A stretch of 64,000 bases of DNA from a virus: positions 1 to 64,000 of IMG/VR virus record IMGVR_UViG_3300024349_000326; one strand, 5' to 3'. Under the pieces are notes generated by a model. The model searched no databases. It worked only from the letters and a program-made list of their open reading frames with translations, and was not told where the DNA came from. A program made the translations under genes and the position numbers. This document shows positions 1 through 9,365 of the stretch, piece by piece. Positions within the stretch are counted from its first letter, which is position 1. Every line of letters starts with the position of its first letter.

Positions 1-528
1 TCAGGTTGTCCGCGCCCGCAATGCGTTCAACACGGCCGTGTCTACCTCGGCGGCCACGAGTGTAAACGCTCTGTCTTGTCGGTGCGCATCGCGGAAGGTG
101 ATGCACTCTGCCGACAGCGGGTTGCCGGTCTTTCGCAGCAGTGCCTTGTAGTGCTCGATAGGCGGCTTCTCGGGCCGGGTGTCGATGATGTACTTGCCTG
201 TCGGGATCAAGCCGTCCAGGCAGAGCACGTTGAGGATCAGCGGCACGTCGCGGGTCCGCCGCCCGGCGCGGATCGCGTCGGCCCGCCGCTGGGCGTCTTC
301 GCAGAGCGGCAATGTTGGACTGACCGCGTACTCCGGCACCAGCCCAGGGGCCGTTCCCGAAGCTACCAGGAAGTCGAAGCCCTCCATCCGGTAGACCTTA
401 GCCAGGTACTCTTCCAGCCGGCGGTAGCGGACCCGGAAGATTGGCAGTTGCGTCATTTCAAGGATCGGCCTGGGGCCGGCGGCTGTGATCTTGGCAGGTA
501 TTCTCTCGCGGTGGAAGTGACGCGGCAT
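1..528 (-). CDS. hypothetical protein (C-terminus runs off window edge)
   Basis: ORF from ATG at 528 continuing past position 1; GC3-rich codon usage typical of the window; no recognisable motifs. Confidence 0.4.
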   Translation of the reverse strand: MPRHFHRERIPAKITAAGPRPILEMTQLPIFRVRYRRLEEYLAKVYRMEGFDFLVASGTAPGLVPEYAVSPTLPLCEDAQRRADAIRAGRRTRDVPLILNVLCLDGLIPTGKYIIDTRPEKPPIEHYKALLRKTGNPLSAECITFRDAHRQDRAFTLVAAEVDTAVLNALRARTT

Positions 529-529
529 C

Positions 530-757
530 TTAGCCCTCGGGGAAGGTGAATTCGTAGCAGTCGCTCGCCTCGGCAGCCAGCAGGTTGAAGAGGTCGTCGC
601 CCAACCGCACGGCGATGCCGGCTACGGAGGGGTCGTCCCGCAGATAGCGGATCGCCCGCTGTACCTCGGCCCGGGCGCACAGATCGTCGTGAACCCCTGG
701 CTGCAACTGTCGCCAGCGGTTTCGGCCGCGTCGGTAGTAGATGATGAATCGTCGCAT
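530..757 (-). CDS. small hypothetical protein (76 aa; internal Met of longer ORF 530..1030)
   Basis: Start at Met92 of listed ORF (MRRFIIYYRR...), chosen so the gene ends before divergent control region 758-883. Confidence 0.3.
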   Translation of the reverse strand: MRRFIIYYRRGRNRWRQLQPGVHDDLCARAEVQRAIRYLRDDPSVAGIAVRLGDDLFNLLAAEASDCYEFTFPEG

Positions 758-841
758 CGGTGTGGTCAGTCTGTAAATCGCAAACGATGCACGGATCGGC
801 ACTGCCGCGTCGTGGAAATTGTGAGATTCCTGGAAAAAAAC

Positions 842-863
842 CGAGTTTTGGGAGTCATGTGTA
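842..863 (+). promoter_or_regulatory. 22-bp motif CGAGTTTTGGGAGTCATGTGTA (copy 1) in divergent intergenic region
   Basis: Identical 22-mer recurs at 35548-35569; flanks also similar (TTyCTGGAAA upstream); lies 20 bp upstream of ATG 884 with GAGGAG SD at 869-874. Confidence 0.6.
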
Positions 864-883
864 TGGTGAGGAGTTAGTGCGTA

Positions 884-1432
884 ATGCAACGTGTCACCGA
901 CCTGGCTGATCCACGCCGCTGCAAGGGCGCGAGCCTCGATGGTCAGTGCCAGAACGTCGCCGAAGAGGGGTCGGATTACTGCCGGGTTCACGGGGGACAC
1001 GATCAGGCACCTGCTCGACGCCTGAAGCAATACCTCTTGACGAAGGCCCAGGACCGCGAGCGGCTGGCTCAGCTTGCGGAAAATGACGCACTCAAGACGC
1101 TGCGGGAAGAGGTGGTCGTCGCCTTGGGGCAGTTGGAGCGGCGGCTGAGTCTGGCCAATCGGTCGGATGCCGAGTTTCTGGCCGCCTATCCCGAAGTCGA
1201 GAAGTCACTGAAGACGCTCGCCGAGTTGAAGAAATCCAATTTCTCGCTGGAACAAAAGTCCGGTGCCACGCTCTCGCGCGAGCAGAGTTTCGCGCTAATT
1301 CGGCGGGTGATCGAGATTATCGTGGACGAGTTGGAGGGCATCACGGACTACGAGCGGATCGTCGAGAGCATCACCATGCGAATCCTGGCACTGGTCCAAC
1401 GCGCCGGCAACTCCGAAGTCAATCCCGAATGA
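884..1432 (+). CDS. hypothetical protein, first rightward gene after control region (182 aa)
   Basis: ORF with SD GAGGAG 9 nt upstream; N-terminal Cys/His cluster (C..C..CRVHGGH); helical remainder. Confidence 0.55.
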   Translation: MQRVTDLADPRRCKGASLDGQCQNVAEEGSDYCRVHGGHDQAPARRLKQYLLTKAQDRERLAQLAENDALKTLREEVVVALGQLERRLSLANRSDAEFLAAYPEVEKSLKTLAELKKSNFSLEQKSGATLSREQSFALIRRVIEIIVDELEGITDYERIVESITMRILALVQRAGNSEVNPE

Positions 1433-1638
1433 ACCTCGTCTGGTGCGCCTGCGGCAGACTTGTCCGGTATCCCGGAGAGGATCGCTGCGAAGATTGTTGG
1501 GCGGACGCCCAATCGGCGTCGGATAAGCGGCGGCCCGCCAACGTCAACACGATGGCCCAATTGAGCCGGGAGGGATGCGATGTTCCCGTTCACGCGGAAA
1601 CTCGTGCTGCCCGGCGAGGCCGGGGTCAAGCCCGGTGA
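1429..1638 (+). CDS. small Cys-rich protein (CxC...CxxC)
   Basis: ATGA overlap with upstream stop; 69 aa; overlaps next gene by 59 nt so extent uncertain. Confidence 0.3.
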   Translation: MNLVWCACGRLVRYPGEDRCEDCWADAQSASDKRRPANVNTMAQLSREGCDVPVHAETRAARRGRGQAR

Positions 1639-2191
1639 CATCATCGGATTCAGCGGCCGAAGCTGGCTGAGCGCCGGCATCAACATCGCCACCTACGGAA
1701 TTCCCTTGTGGGGACTCAGCCATGTTGGCGTGATGGCCAACGCCCCGGACGGACGCCTGTTGATCTTCGAGAGCACGTCGCTGGACGGCGACATCCCCTG
1801 TGAAATCACCGACAAGCCAATCTGCGGCACGCAAGCCCACGCCCTGGACTTCATCCTCGGGCATTATGACGGCAAGGCATACCACTATCCGCTCTATCGG
1901 CCGCTCTACCGGAATGAGGACGAACGGCTGACGGAGTTTCTGATCGACACCATCGGCGTGCCTTACGACGCGATGGGCGCGTTTCGTTCGGCGGGTGTGG
2001 GACTGTCGTGGATCGAGTCGCTGTTTCGTGAGCAAAGCCTGACTTCGATCTTTTGTAGTGAGTGGGTGGCCGCTGCGTATGCAGTGACGGGACTGCATCC
2101 AACTGACAACGTGAGTCGCTGGAATCCCAACCGCCTCTGCCGTCACTTACGCGGCCACAACATCCTCTGCAAGCCTCGGAGGCTCAAATGA
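1580..2191 (+). CDS. permuted papain-fold (YiiX/DUF830-like, NlpC/P60 superfamily) cysteine peptidase; endolysin candidate
   Basis: GGAGGG SD; motifs GDIIGFSG...SHVGVMA and downstream catalytic Cys in IFCSEWVAAAY, characteristic of permuted NlpC/P60 amidases. Confidence 0.55.
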   Translation: MFPFTRKLVLPGEAGVKPGDIIGFSGRSWLSAGINIATYGIPLWGLSHVGVMANAPDGRLLIFESTSLDGDIPCEITDKPICGTQAHALDFILGHYDGKAYHYPLYRPLYRNEDERLTEFLIDTIGVPYDAMGAFRSAGVGLSWIESLFREQSLTSIFCSEWVAAAYAVTGLHPTDNVSRWNPNRLCRHLRGHNILCKPRRLK

Positions 2192-2745
2192 AACGAATCC
2201 TCTTCGCGTTGGTCCTGCTGGTTTCGGTTGCGGGCTGCGAAGTCGTCGAGAATCGCGGAAACCGTGCGGTAACAAAGGAACGCCCGGTCGTCAACGTCCC
2301 GCTGGCGATGCGGCAAAGCAACTGGCTGGGCAGCAGCCGCGAAGGTTCGTGCGTCCATGCCTCCATGATCTCGCTCTTCCGCTGGCAAGGCCGTTACAGG
2401 ACGGCCGACTACTGGCGAAAGACATACGGCAACGGCGAGTGGCCGGACGACATGGCCGCCAAGTTCGACCGCGAGGGAATCCGTTACGCATACGTCGAGA
2501 ATGGAGACGTGCGGTTCCTGGAATGGGCCTGCCGCACACGGCGCGGCTGCGGCATCACGGTCATGGGCGGTGCCCACATGGTCGCCCTTGTCCATTTGGA
2601 CGATAAGTGGGCCGCCGTGCTCGACAACAACAACGTCTCCAAGTTTATCTGGGTTCCCCGCGAGACTCTGATCGCGGAGTGGAAAGCCAGTTACGGGTGG
2701 GCGGTGACGCCGATCTACACCCCGGCGGCCCCGCTGCCCCAGTAA
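2188..2745 (+). CDS. lipoprotein with papain-like (C39-like) Cys-His-Asp arrangement
   Basis: Signal peptide plus lipobox LLVSVAGC; GSCVHASMISL (Cys) ... GGAHMVALVHLDD (His/Asp); ATGA overlap with upstream gene. Confidence 0.45.
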   Translation: MKRILFALVLLVSVAGCEVVENRGNRAVTKERPVVNVPLAMRQSNWLGSSREGSCVHASMISLFRWQGRYRTADYWRKTYGNGEWPDDMAAKFDREGIRYAYVENGDVRFLEWACRTRRGCGITVMGGAHMVALVHLDDKWAAVLDNNNVSKFIWVPRETLIAEWKASYGWAVTPIYTPAAPLPQ

Positions 2746-2777
2746 GTCACCGAGTCACTAACCCTGTGAGGAAACCA

Positions 2778-3473
2778 ATGAATCGAGTCCTCTTGAGCGT
2801 CTGTCTGTTGCTCGCTGTGTTGGCGGCCCCGTGCTTCGCGGACACCGCCACGGCCAATGGCGTGCTGGCCGAACAGCGGGTCGTGAACCTGCCCAACGAT
2901 CAGGGCAAATGGTACATCAGCGTGGTCGGCAATGCCAACGACACTGCGTATACCCGCGTGCTCGGCTGGTTTGAGGCGAACGCCAGCCTCAAGGGCCTGA
3001 AGAACAAGGTCCATTTCTGCCCGGTCACGGCTGGCACCCCGATCTATCAGGAACGGTACGCCGCGAACGTGAAGGGCCTGCCGACCGTGCGGGTCCAGAA
3101 GCCGGATGGCACGGTGGTCTACGAGGCGTCCGGCAAGAATCTCCCTATGACGGCCGAGGGTCTTTACGGCGCGATTGCCGGTGCGGTCCACACGGCCCAG
3201 GGCATCCGACCGATTCTTCCGTGGCGGCGTGACATGGAGCGGCGCTGCCCCGGACCCGGCCCCTGCCCGACGCCGAATCCGCAGCCGCAGCCCCAACCCG
3301 ATCCTGAGCCGCAGCCGATTGACGACGGCGGGGCACCCGATCTGGACCCGCAGCCGGCGGCCGAAGGTTGGCCGCTCTGGGGCTTGGCCTTGCTCGTCAA
3401 CGGCGGCTTCCTAGTCGGCCTAGCGGCAGGCTACGGCCGCAAGCTGGCGACGAAGTTGCGTGGCGTGAAGTAG
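2778..3473 (+). CDS. secreted protein with Pro/Gln-rich linker and C-terminal TM anchor
   Basis: SD GAGGAAA; signal peptide MNRVLLSVCLLLAVLAAPCFA; PNPQPQPQPDPEPQP linker; hydrophobic C-terminus WPLWGLALLVNGGFLVGLAAG. Confidence 0.55.
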   Translation: MNRVLLSVCLLLAVLAAPCFADTATANGVLAEQRVVNLPNDQGKWYISVVGNANDTAYTRVLGWFEANASLKGLKNKVHFCPVTAGTPIYQERYAANVKGLPTVRVQKPDGTVVYEASGKNLPMTAEGLYGAIAGAVHTAQGIRPILPWRRDMERRCPGPGPCPTPNPQPQPQPDPEPQPIDDGGAPDLDPQPAAEGWPLWGLALLVNGGFLVGLAAGYGRKLATKLRGVK

Positions 3474-3554
3474 TTGCGCGTGCGTTTCGTGTCCTCTGTC
3501 CCCTGACCATCCGGCCGTCTGAGCGGCCACACTCGAACACCTGGAGAAGAAAAG

Positions 3555-3977
3555 ATGAACCCCACCGTTGTGATCTGGATTCTGGCCGTTGCAGTGGCCG
3601 TGCTCGTCGGGCGTGAAGTCGGCAAGTGGCTCTTCGGCACCAACGAGAAGCTGATGACCAAGAAGCGGGCTGCCCAGAAGTTGGCCGGCATCCTCCGCGA
3701 CAACGGCCTGCGACTCTTGCCCGCGTTGCTGGAAGACTTCGCCGTGGGCGACGTGCAAGACATGGTGGAGAAGATTCACGATGTCTGCAAGATCGTCGAT
3801 GCCGGCAGCGATGCCATCCTCAAGGAACTGGAACAGACCTACGAGAACGTGCTGACCAGGAAGCTCGCCACACCCGAGGGCCTGGCCTATATCAAGGCCC
3901 GGATCGCCGAGGTTGAGGCCGCGCCGGCACCCGTTCCCGAAGCCCCGAAGCCCGCTACGTCCCCGGTCAAGTCGTAA
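3555..3977 (+). CDS. type-II membrane protein (N-terminal TM plus helical ectodomain); i-spanin/holin-like candidate
   Basis: SD GGAGAAG; TM WILAVAVAVLV followed by amphipathic helical region and Pro-rich tail. Confidence 0.5.
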   Translation: MNPTVVIWILAVAVAVLVGREVGKWLFGTNEKLMTKKRAAQKLAGILRDNGLRLLPALLEDFAVGDVQDMVEKIHDVCKIVDAGSDAILKELEQTYENVLTRKLATPEGLAYIKARIAEVEAAPAPVPEAPKPATSPVKS

Positions 3978-4078
3978 CCGACTGATTCACCGCGCCCGGC
4001 TGCGGTCATACGCTCACCGGGCCGGTTCTCCGATGGCTCCCGACAACTTGCCGCGAGCCATCCGAGAACCGGAGATCA

Positions 4079-4426
4079 ATGATGAATCGTCGAAGTTTCC
4101 TGACCGCCACGATGCTGCTCGCGCTGGTCACGGGCTGCGAAGTGCCACAGCAACGGCAAAACCAAGGCGGTTGCCGCCGCCCCAAGGTGCTGGCCTTCAC
4201 CGCTTCCTGGTGCGCCCCGTGTCAGCGGGCAAAACCCGCCCTGGTCCAGATTCAGGCTGCGGGCGTGGACGTGGAGATCATCGACATCGACGTTCATCCC
4301 GACTTGGCGAAGGAATACGGCGTCACCGAGGTGCCGACCTTCCTCGTCTACGTCTGCGGGAAAGCGCCGGTGCGGACCAACGACATCCTGGTGGTTGTCT
4401 CCCTGACTCGTTTTGGGTGCAGGTAA
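4079..4426 (+). CDS. Tat-signal lipoprotein thioredoxin (WCAPC active site)
   Basis: MMNRRSFLTATMLLALVTGC (twin-Arg plus lipobox); thioredoxin CxxC motif FTASWCAPCQ; C-terminal TEVPTFLVY typical of thioredoxin fold. Confidence 0.7.
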   Translation: MMNRRSFLTATMLLALVTGCEVPQQRQNQGGCRRPKVLAFTASWCAPCQRAKPALVQIQAAGVDVEIIDIDVHPDLAKEYGVTEVPTFLVYVCGKAPVRTNDILVVVSLTRFGCR

Positions 4427-4623
4427 TGGCTCGCCGCCGCTGTCGCAACTGCCCGGACGAGCCGAGGCCAACACCGGAACCCAAGGTGACACGGACGGTT
4501 GGCTCCCGTCGTCGCCGAGAACGAAACACGAGGTTGCACCGGGCCGAACGCCGAAGCAACCAGCGAGCCGCACTTGCCGCTGTCCCACGCGAACCTGAGA
4601 TGCAACCTCAATTAAACCAATGA
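4426..4623 (+). CDS. small arginine-rich basic protein (possible terminase small subunit / DNA-binding)
   Basis: TAATG overlap with thioredoxin stop; 65 aa MARRRCRNCPDEPRP...; sits immediately upstream of terminase large subunit. Confidence 0.35.
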   Translation: MARRRCRNCPDEPRPTPEPKVTRTVGSRRRRERNTRLHRAERRSNQRAALAAVPREPEMQPQLNQ

Positions 4624-4632
4624 TGTCCCTCC

Positions 4633-6306
4633 ATGAACTTCGTGGACGAGTTGCTATTAGCCTTGGGGGAGGGATTGCGCAGCAACAACCTGCGGTCGTG
4701 CAGTCGGTGGGCCGAGCATCGGCGGGTAATGGGGGCACCCTTTAACGGTCCTTACAGCTTCGCGCGACATCCCTGGTGCCGCGAGATTCACGACAGCAAA
4801 GCGGCCTGGACGGTCGCCATGAAGGCCGCCCAGTTGGGCGTGACGGAGACGGGGATCAACCGGGCCTTCTTCACGCTCGACCAGTCGAAACGGGACGTGC
4901 TTTACGTCCTGCCGACGGCGCTGAACGCGAGCGACTTTTCCAAAGCCCGTTTCGCCACAGCGTTGAAGCTCAGCCCCTACTTGAAAGACCTGTTCGTCGA
5001 TACGAACACCGTGGGGCTGAAATCGACCGGCACGAACGTCCTGTACATTCGCGGAAGTCGCGGCGACAGCAACCTGAAGTCCATCCCGGTGTCCGAGTTG
5101 GTCTTGGACGAGTTGGACGAGATGGACACCCATGCGGTGTGGCTGGCCTTGGAGCGGTTGTCGGGCCAGATCGAGAAGCACATCCTGGCGATCTCGACCC
5201 CGACCGTGCCCAAGTACGGCATCCACAAGCTGTACCTTACGAGCACCCAGGAGCACTTTTACTTTCAGTGTCCGCATTGCAGCCGGTGGACCGAGTTGCT
5301 TTGGCCCGATTGCGTGGAGACCATCGGCGAGTCTGTCAACGATCCCCGCTGCCAGGAATCGTTCATCAAGTGCAAGGAGTGCAAGCACAAACTGGAACAC
5401 GAGGCCAAGCCGGAGTTTCTGGCCGGCGGCATGTGGCGGGTGACGGAGCCGAACGTCTCGGCCGAGGAGTCGCGTGGCTTCTACATCAATCAGCTTTACT
5501 CGTCCACGGTGACGCCCGGCGAGTTGGTGATTGCCTACCATCGCGGGTTGGGTGACGAGGCGGCGAATACGGAATTCCATTGCAGCAAATTGGGCGTGCC
5601 GTTCATCGGTGAGGGCGCTCAAGTCACGGATGAGATGATCGAAGCATGTATCAAGACGCACTCGATCAACGACAAGCGCCCGCAGATCGGCGGCGACCGC
5701 CTGATAACGATGGGCGTGGATCAGGGGAAGACGGGATACATTTCGGTCGTGGACTGGTTGTTCGACGAGCACCCCGGCAAGGACATCAATGCAGCGGCCA
5801 TCGGTAAGTTGCTCTGGTTCGGCAAGTTCTCCGGCGAGGAATGGGGCTATCTCGACGAGTTGATGCGGGAATGGCAGGTCTTGGCCTGCGTGGTGGATGC
5901 CGACCCGTTCACCAACGACGCCCGCCGCTTCGCCAAGAAGTTTCACGGCTACGTGTGGTTGACGCGATACCGGCGGGGGCAGACTGCCAAGGAAATCGCC
6001 ATCAGCGAGGAAGACACGGGGGCACCCTTCGCCACCGTGGACCGCACCAACTGGCTCAGTTGTACACTCGGGCGGTTCAAGACGACGCCGCCCCGCATCC
6101 TTCTGCCCCGCGATATTTCGTTCGAGTATCGGGAACACGCCAAGAACCTGGTCCGCACCTACAAGAAAGACGACACGGGCAATCTGGCCGCCGAGTACGT
6201 GAACACGGGGGCCGACCACTTCGCACATTCCCTGTGCTATGCCGACATCGGCTTGGCCCTGGCCCCGATTGGCGGTAGCGGCGGAAACGTCGGCAAGGTC
6301 ACTTAG
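4633..6306 (+). CDS. terminase large subunit, lambda GpA-like family
   Basis: 557 aa; N-terminal ATPase (LVLDELDEMD Walker-B-like), zinc finger CPHCSRW...CKECKH, C-terminal nuclease region MGVDQGKTGYISVVDW; position directly before portal. Confidence 0.8.
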   Translation: MNFVDELLLALGEGLRSNNLRSCSRWAEHRRVMGAPFNGPYSFARHPWCREIHDSKAAWTVAMKAAQLGVTETGINRAFFTLDQSKRDVLYVLPTALNASDFSKARFATALKLSPYLKDLFVDTNTVGLKSTGTNVLYIRGSRGDSNLKSIPVSELVLDELDEMDTHAVWLALERLSGQIEKHILAISTPTVPKYGIHKLYLTSTQEHFYFQCPHCSRWTELLWPDCVETIGESVNDPRCQESFIKCKECKHKLEHEAKPEFLAGGMWRVTEPNVSAEESRGFYINQLYSSTVTPGELVIAYHRGLGDEAANTEFHCSKLGVPFIGEGAQVTDEMIEACIKTHSINDKRPQIGGDRLITMGVDQGKTGYISVVDWLFDEHPGKDINAAAIGKLLWFGKFSGEEWGYLDELMREWQVLACVVDADPFTNDARRFAKKFHGYVWLTRYRRGQTAKEIAISEEDTGAPFATVDRTNWLSCTLGRFKTTPPRILLPRDISFEYREHAKNLVRTYKKDDTGNLAAEYVNTGADHFAHSLCYADIGLALAPIGGSGGNVGKVT

Positions 6307-6319
6307 CGAGAGGTTTGTC

Positions 6320-8113
6320 ATGGCCGAAAGCCAAACGCTCAGCCTGATCGACAGCCGACATCCGGGCTACCTCTCCGGCATGACGGACTGGCGCAAGTGG
6401 CGCTTGACCTACGAAGGCGGCGACGACTTCCGCGAGTCCTACTTGGAGCGGTTTTCGACCCGCGAGGATCAGGAGGACTATGCCGTCCGCAAGGCAATCA
6501 CGCCCGTGCCGGCGTTCGCCAAAGCGGCGATCAACGACATTCGCAACGCGATTTATCAGCGCCTCAGGGATGTGGTTCGCAAGGGTGGCAGCGAGGTCTA
6601 CCAGGCCGCCGTCAACGGCAGCAACCTGGGTGTGGACCATCGCGGCTCGACCATGAACGCCTTTCTCGGCGTGAAGGTCTTGACCGAACTATTGGTCATG
6701 GGGCGGGTGGGCGTGTTTGTCGATCATCCGTTGATCCCGGCGGGTGCGACCTTGGCCAACGTCAGCCGGCCCTCGCCGTACCTGTACAAGTACGACATCG
6801 AAGACATCCTTTCCTGGACCTGCTCGAAGCCGGAAGCCCCGTCCGAGTTCCAGGCGATCCTGCTGCGCGACACAGTGATGCAGTACGACCAGTCCACGAT
6901 GTTGCCTTCGCTCTCGGTCGAGCGATACCGCTACATGTGGATCAACCCGGAGACGGGCAAGGTCAACTTGCAGTTCTACAACGTCAAGAAGGAGGTGGTG
7001 GACATCGCCGGGCTGCCGGGCGGCCCGATGCAACTGGAACTGGACCGCATCCCCTTCGTGCTCTTGGACATTGGCGGGAGCCTGATACGGGACGTATGCC
7101 AGCAACAAATCGCTCTGTTGAATCTCGGATCGAGCGACGTGAACTACGCCCTGCGGTCCAACTTCCCCTTCTACATCGAGCAGAAGGACATGCGGGCGAC
7201 GGGTGCCCACTTGAAGCACGCCGCCACGGAAGACGGGACATCCACCTCCGGCGGCCAAGGGGCAGCCGATACGAGCATCAAGGTCGGCGCGACGCACGGC
7301 CGCACCTACGACAAGGGAATGAATCCGCCGGCCTTCATCAATCCTTCGGCCGAGCCGTTGCGGGCGAGCCTGGAATTGCAGGACCGGCTCAAGCGGGACA
7401 TCCGCGAGTTGGTGAACCTGGCCGTGTCGAGTCTGGCGGTGCGGGTCTCGGCTGAGTCGAAGGCGATGGACAACCAGGGCCTTGAAGCGGGGTTGTCGTA
7501 CATCGGATTGTTGCTTGAAAGCGCCGAACGGCAGGTCGCCGAGTTCTGGGCCGCCTATGAAGAGCGGAACCTGAGCAAACGCGAAGTGGCGACGATCAAG
7601 TACCCGGAACGGTACAGTCTGAAGTCGGATGCCGACCGGATCAAGGAAGCGCAGGAATTGCAGAAGCTCATGGGCGCGGTCCCCGGTCGCCGGGTGAAGC
7701 GGGAGTTGGCCAAGGGGATCGTCCAGACACTCTTGGGCGGCAAGATCAGCATGGACGACCTGAGCGCGATCAACCGTGAGATCGACACAGCCCACTACAC
7801 CACCAGCGATCCGCAAACGATCATCCTGGCGGCGCAGGCGGGGCTGGTCGGCGAGAAGACAAGTTCCGTGGCCTTGGGCTTCGACGACGACGAGTATTTG
7901 GAGGCCCGCAAGGACCACGCGGAGCGCGTCACACGCATCGCCGAGTCCCAAGGAATGGAGAAGGGCGGCAGCGACCCGGCGGCGCGGGGCGTCCCAGACT
8001 TATCGGCCGATCCCAACGCCGGCAAGGAGGAAAAGGCGGCCAGCCGCAGTACCGATCTACGAGACACTACGGCCCAGCGCGTGCGCGGCCAAGGCCGCTT
8101 CTCAGGAGAGTAG
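6320..8113 (+). CDS. portal protein (candidate)
   Basis: 597 aa ORF immediately after terminase, GAGAGG SD; size and position as lambda gpB-like portal; acidic C-terminus. Confidence 0.6.
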   Translation: MAESQTLSLIDSRHPGYLSGMTDWRKWRLTYEGGDDFRESYLERFSTREDQEDYAVRKAITPVPAFAKAAINDIRNAIYQRLRDVVRKGGSEVYQAAVNGSNLGVDHRGSTMNAFLGVKVLTELLVMGRVGVFVDHPLIPAGATLANVSRPSPYLYKYDIEDILSWTCSKPEAPSEFQAILLRDTVMQYDQSTMLPSLSVERYRYMWINPETGKVNLQFYNVKKEVVDIAGLPGGPMQLELDRIPFVLLDIGGSLIRDVCQQQIALLNLGSSDVNYALRSNFPFYIEQKDMRATGAHLKHAATEDGTSTSGGQGAADTSIKVGATHGRTYDKGMNPPAFINPSAEPLRASLELQDRLKRDIRELVNLAVSSLAVRVSAESKAMDNQGLEAGLSYIGLLLESAERQVAEFWAAYEERNLSKREVATIKYPERYSLKSDADRIKEAQELQKLMGAVPGRRVKRELAKGIVQTLLGGKISMDDLSAINREIDTAHYTTSDPQTIILAAQAGLVGEKTSSVALGFDDDEYLEARKDHAERVTRIAESQGMEKGGSDPAARGVPDLSADPNAGKEEKAASRSTDLRDTTAQRVRGQGRFSGE

Positions 8114-8116
8114 CCC

Positions 8117-8716
8117 ATGCTGGTTGACATTGATCGTGAATCGCAGGCCGAGTTTCGCACGGGCAGCGGCACCGTGGGCACGACCGTTGTGCGCCTCGGC
8201 TCGGCCAGCGCGCGGCAGACAGTGACACTCACCGACGTGACTGCCGGTACTTTCAAGCTGGGCGTTGGGGAGTCCGAGACGGACGCCATTGCCTTCGATG
8301 CTGCGGCGGCAGCCGCGCAAGCCGCCTTGGAAGCGGTTGTCGGCGCGGGGAACGTCGCGGTTTCCGGCGATGCTGGCGGGCCGTGGACCGTGGACTTCAT
8401 AGGTGCGTTGCGGTGGCAGCTTATCGCGGCCATGACGGCGGTAGACGTGGACCTGGAAGGAGAAGGCCACGCGGTCACGGTGACGGTCAACGAGCGCGGA
8501 CACGCGGTCGGCTGGCCAGTGAAGAAGTACGTCATGCTGCGGGCCAACGGGGCAAACACCAGCGTCATCACGATCGGCAACAGGGCCGACAACGCCGGGG
8601 ACGGCTTCATCCTCTCCGCCGGCCAGCAGAGCCCGACGATCTACGTGGACGATCTGCGCAAAGTCTACATCGTCGGTGGCGCAGCGGATCAGGGCTACTC
8701 GTGGATCGCCTGCTAG
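8117..8716 (+). CDS. hypothetical head-module protein
   Basis: ORF 4 nt after portal stop; Ala/Gly/Val-rich beta-type composition. Confidence 0.5.
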   Translation: MLVDIDRESQAEFRTGSGTVGTTVVRLGSASARQTVTLTDVTAGTFKLGVGESETDAIAFDAAAAAAQAALEAVVGAGNVAVSGDAGGPWTVDFIGALRWQLIAAMTAVDVDLEGEGHAVTVTVNERGHAVGWPVKKYVMLRANGANTSVITIGNRADNAGDGFILSAGQQSPTIYVDDLRKVYIVGGAADQGYSWIAC

Positions 8717-8728
8717 GGGAGGCGTTTT

Positions 8729-9250
8729 ATGGCTATCGACGCCACCTTCTACGGCACGCTGGACGAGGCCGACGAATACTTCGCCAACCGGCTGCATGAG
8801 ACGGCCTGGACCGAGGCTTCCGCGAATGACCGGCGCAAGGCGCTCCTGGCCGCGCGAGGGATCATCGACGCCTTGAACCACAAGGGCAACAAAGCGAGCG
8901 TTTATACGCTCTTGCTGGCGAACCCATCGGCTACACAAGAGCAAATCAGGGCGGCAGAGACGACCCAGGCGTTGGAGTTTCCGCGCGGGGCTGACACGGC
9001 GGTCCCCGAGGCCATTCGCGTGGCTTCCTACGAGATCGCCTATGCCCTCTTGGACGGCAAAGACCCTGAATTGGAGTTGGAGAATCTGGCCGTCAATGCG
9101 ATGGGGTACGGGGCGGTGAAGACCAGCTACGAGCGGTCGCAACTGCCCATCGAACACATCATCAACCTGGTGCCGAGTTCTGCCGCGTGGCGCTTGCTCA
9201 AGCCTTTTCTGCGCGACTCGGACGCCCTGAAATTGTCACGACTGAGCTAG
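8729..9250 (+). CDS. hypothetical head-module protein (connector/adaptor candidate)
   Basis: 173 aa, helical, between portal and scaffold. Confidence 0.45.
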   Translation: MAIDATFYGTLDEADEYFANRLHETAWTEASANDRRKALLAARGIIDALNHKGNKASVYTLLLANPSATQEQIRAAETTQALEFPRGADTAVPEAIRVASYEIAYALLDGKDPELELENLAVNAMGYGAVKTSYERSQLPIEHIINLVPSSAAWRLLKPFLRDSDALKLSRLS

Positions 9251-9365
9251 GCGCGTGCCCTGGTTCCCTTTTACCGGCCCACTGCCGGGTCAGAGTCCGC
9301 TGAAGACCGGAATGACGCGGATCGTCTGTCAAGAATTCCCTCTCCGGGTGTAAGGACGTTGTTGC

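Noticed and set aside
3913-4623. 236-aa Arg-rich plus-strand ORF overlapping the thioredoxin gene in another frame
   Set aside because: Most of it is an alternative frame of the thioredoxin lipoprotein gene; only the last 65 codons (4426-4623), which lie in intergenic space before the terminase, were kept as a candidate gene.
4657-6321. 554-aa minus-strand ORF antisense to terminase gene
   Set aside because: Fully embedded antisense in a confidently assigned gene; Arg/Gly/Pro-rich low-complexity translation typical of GC-rich shadow ORFs.
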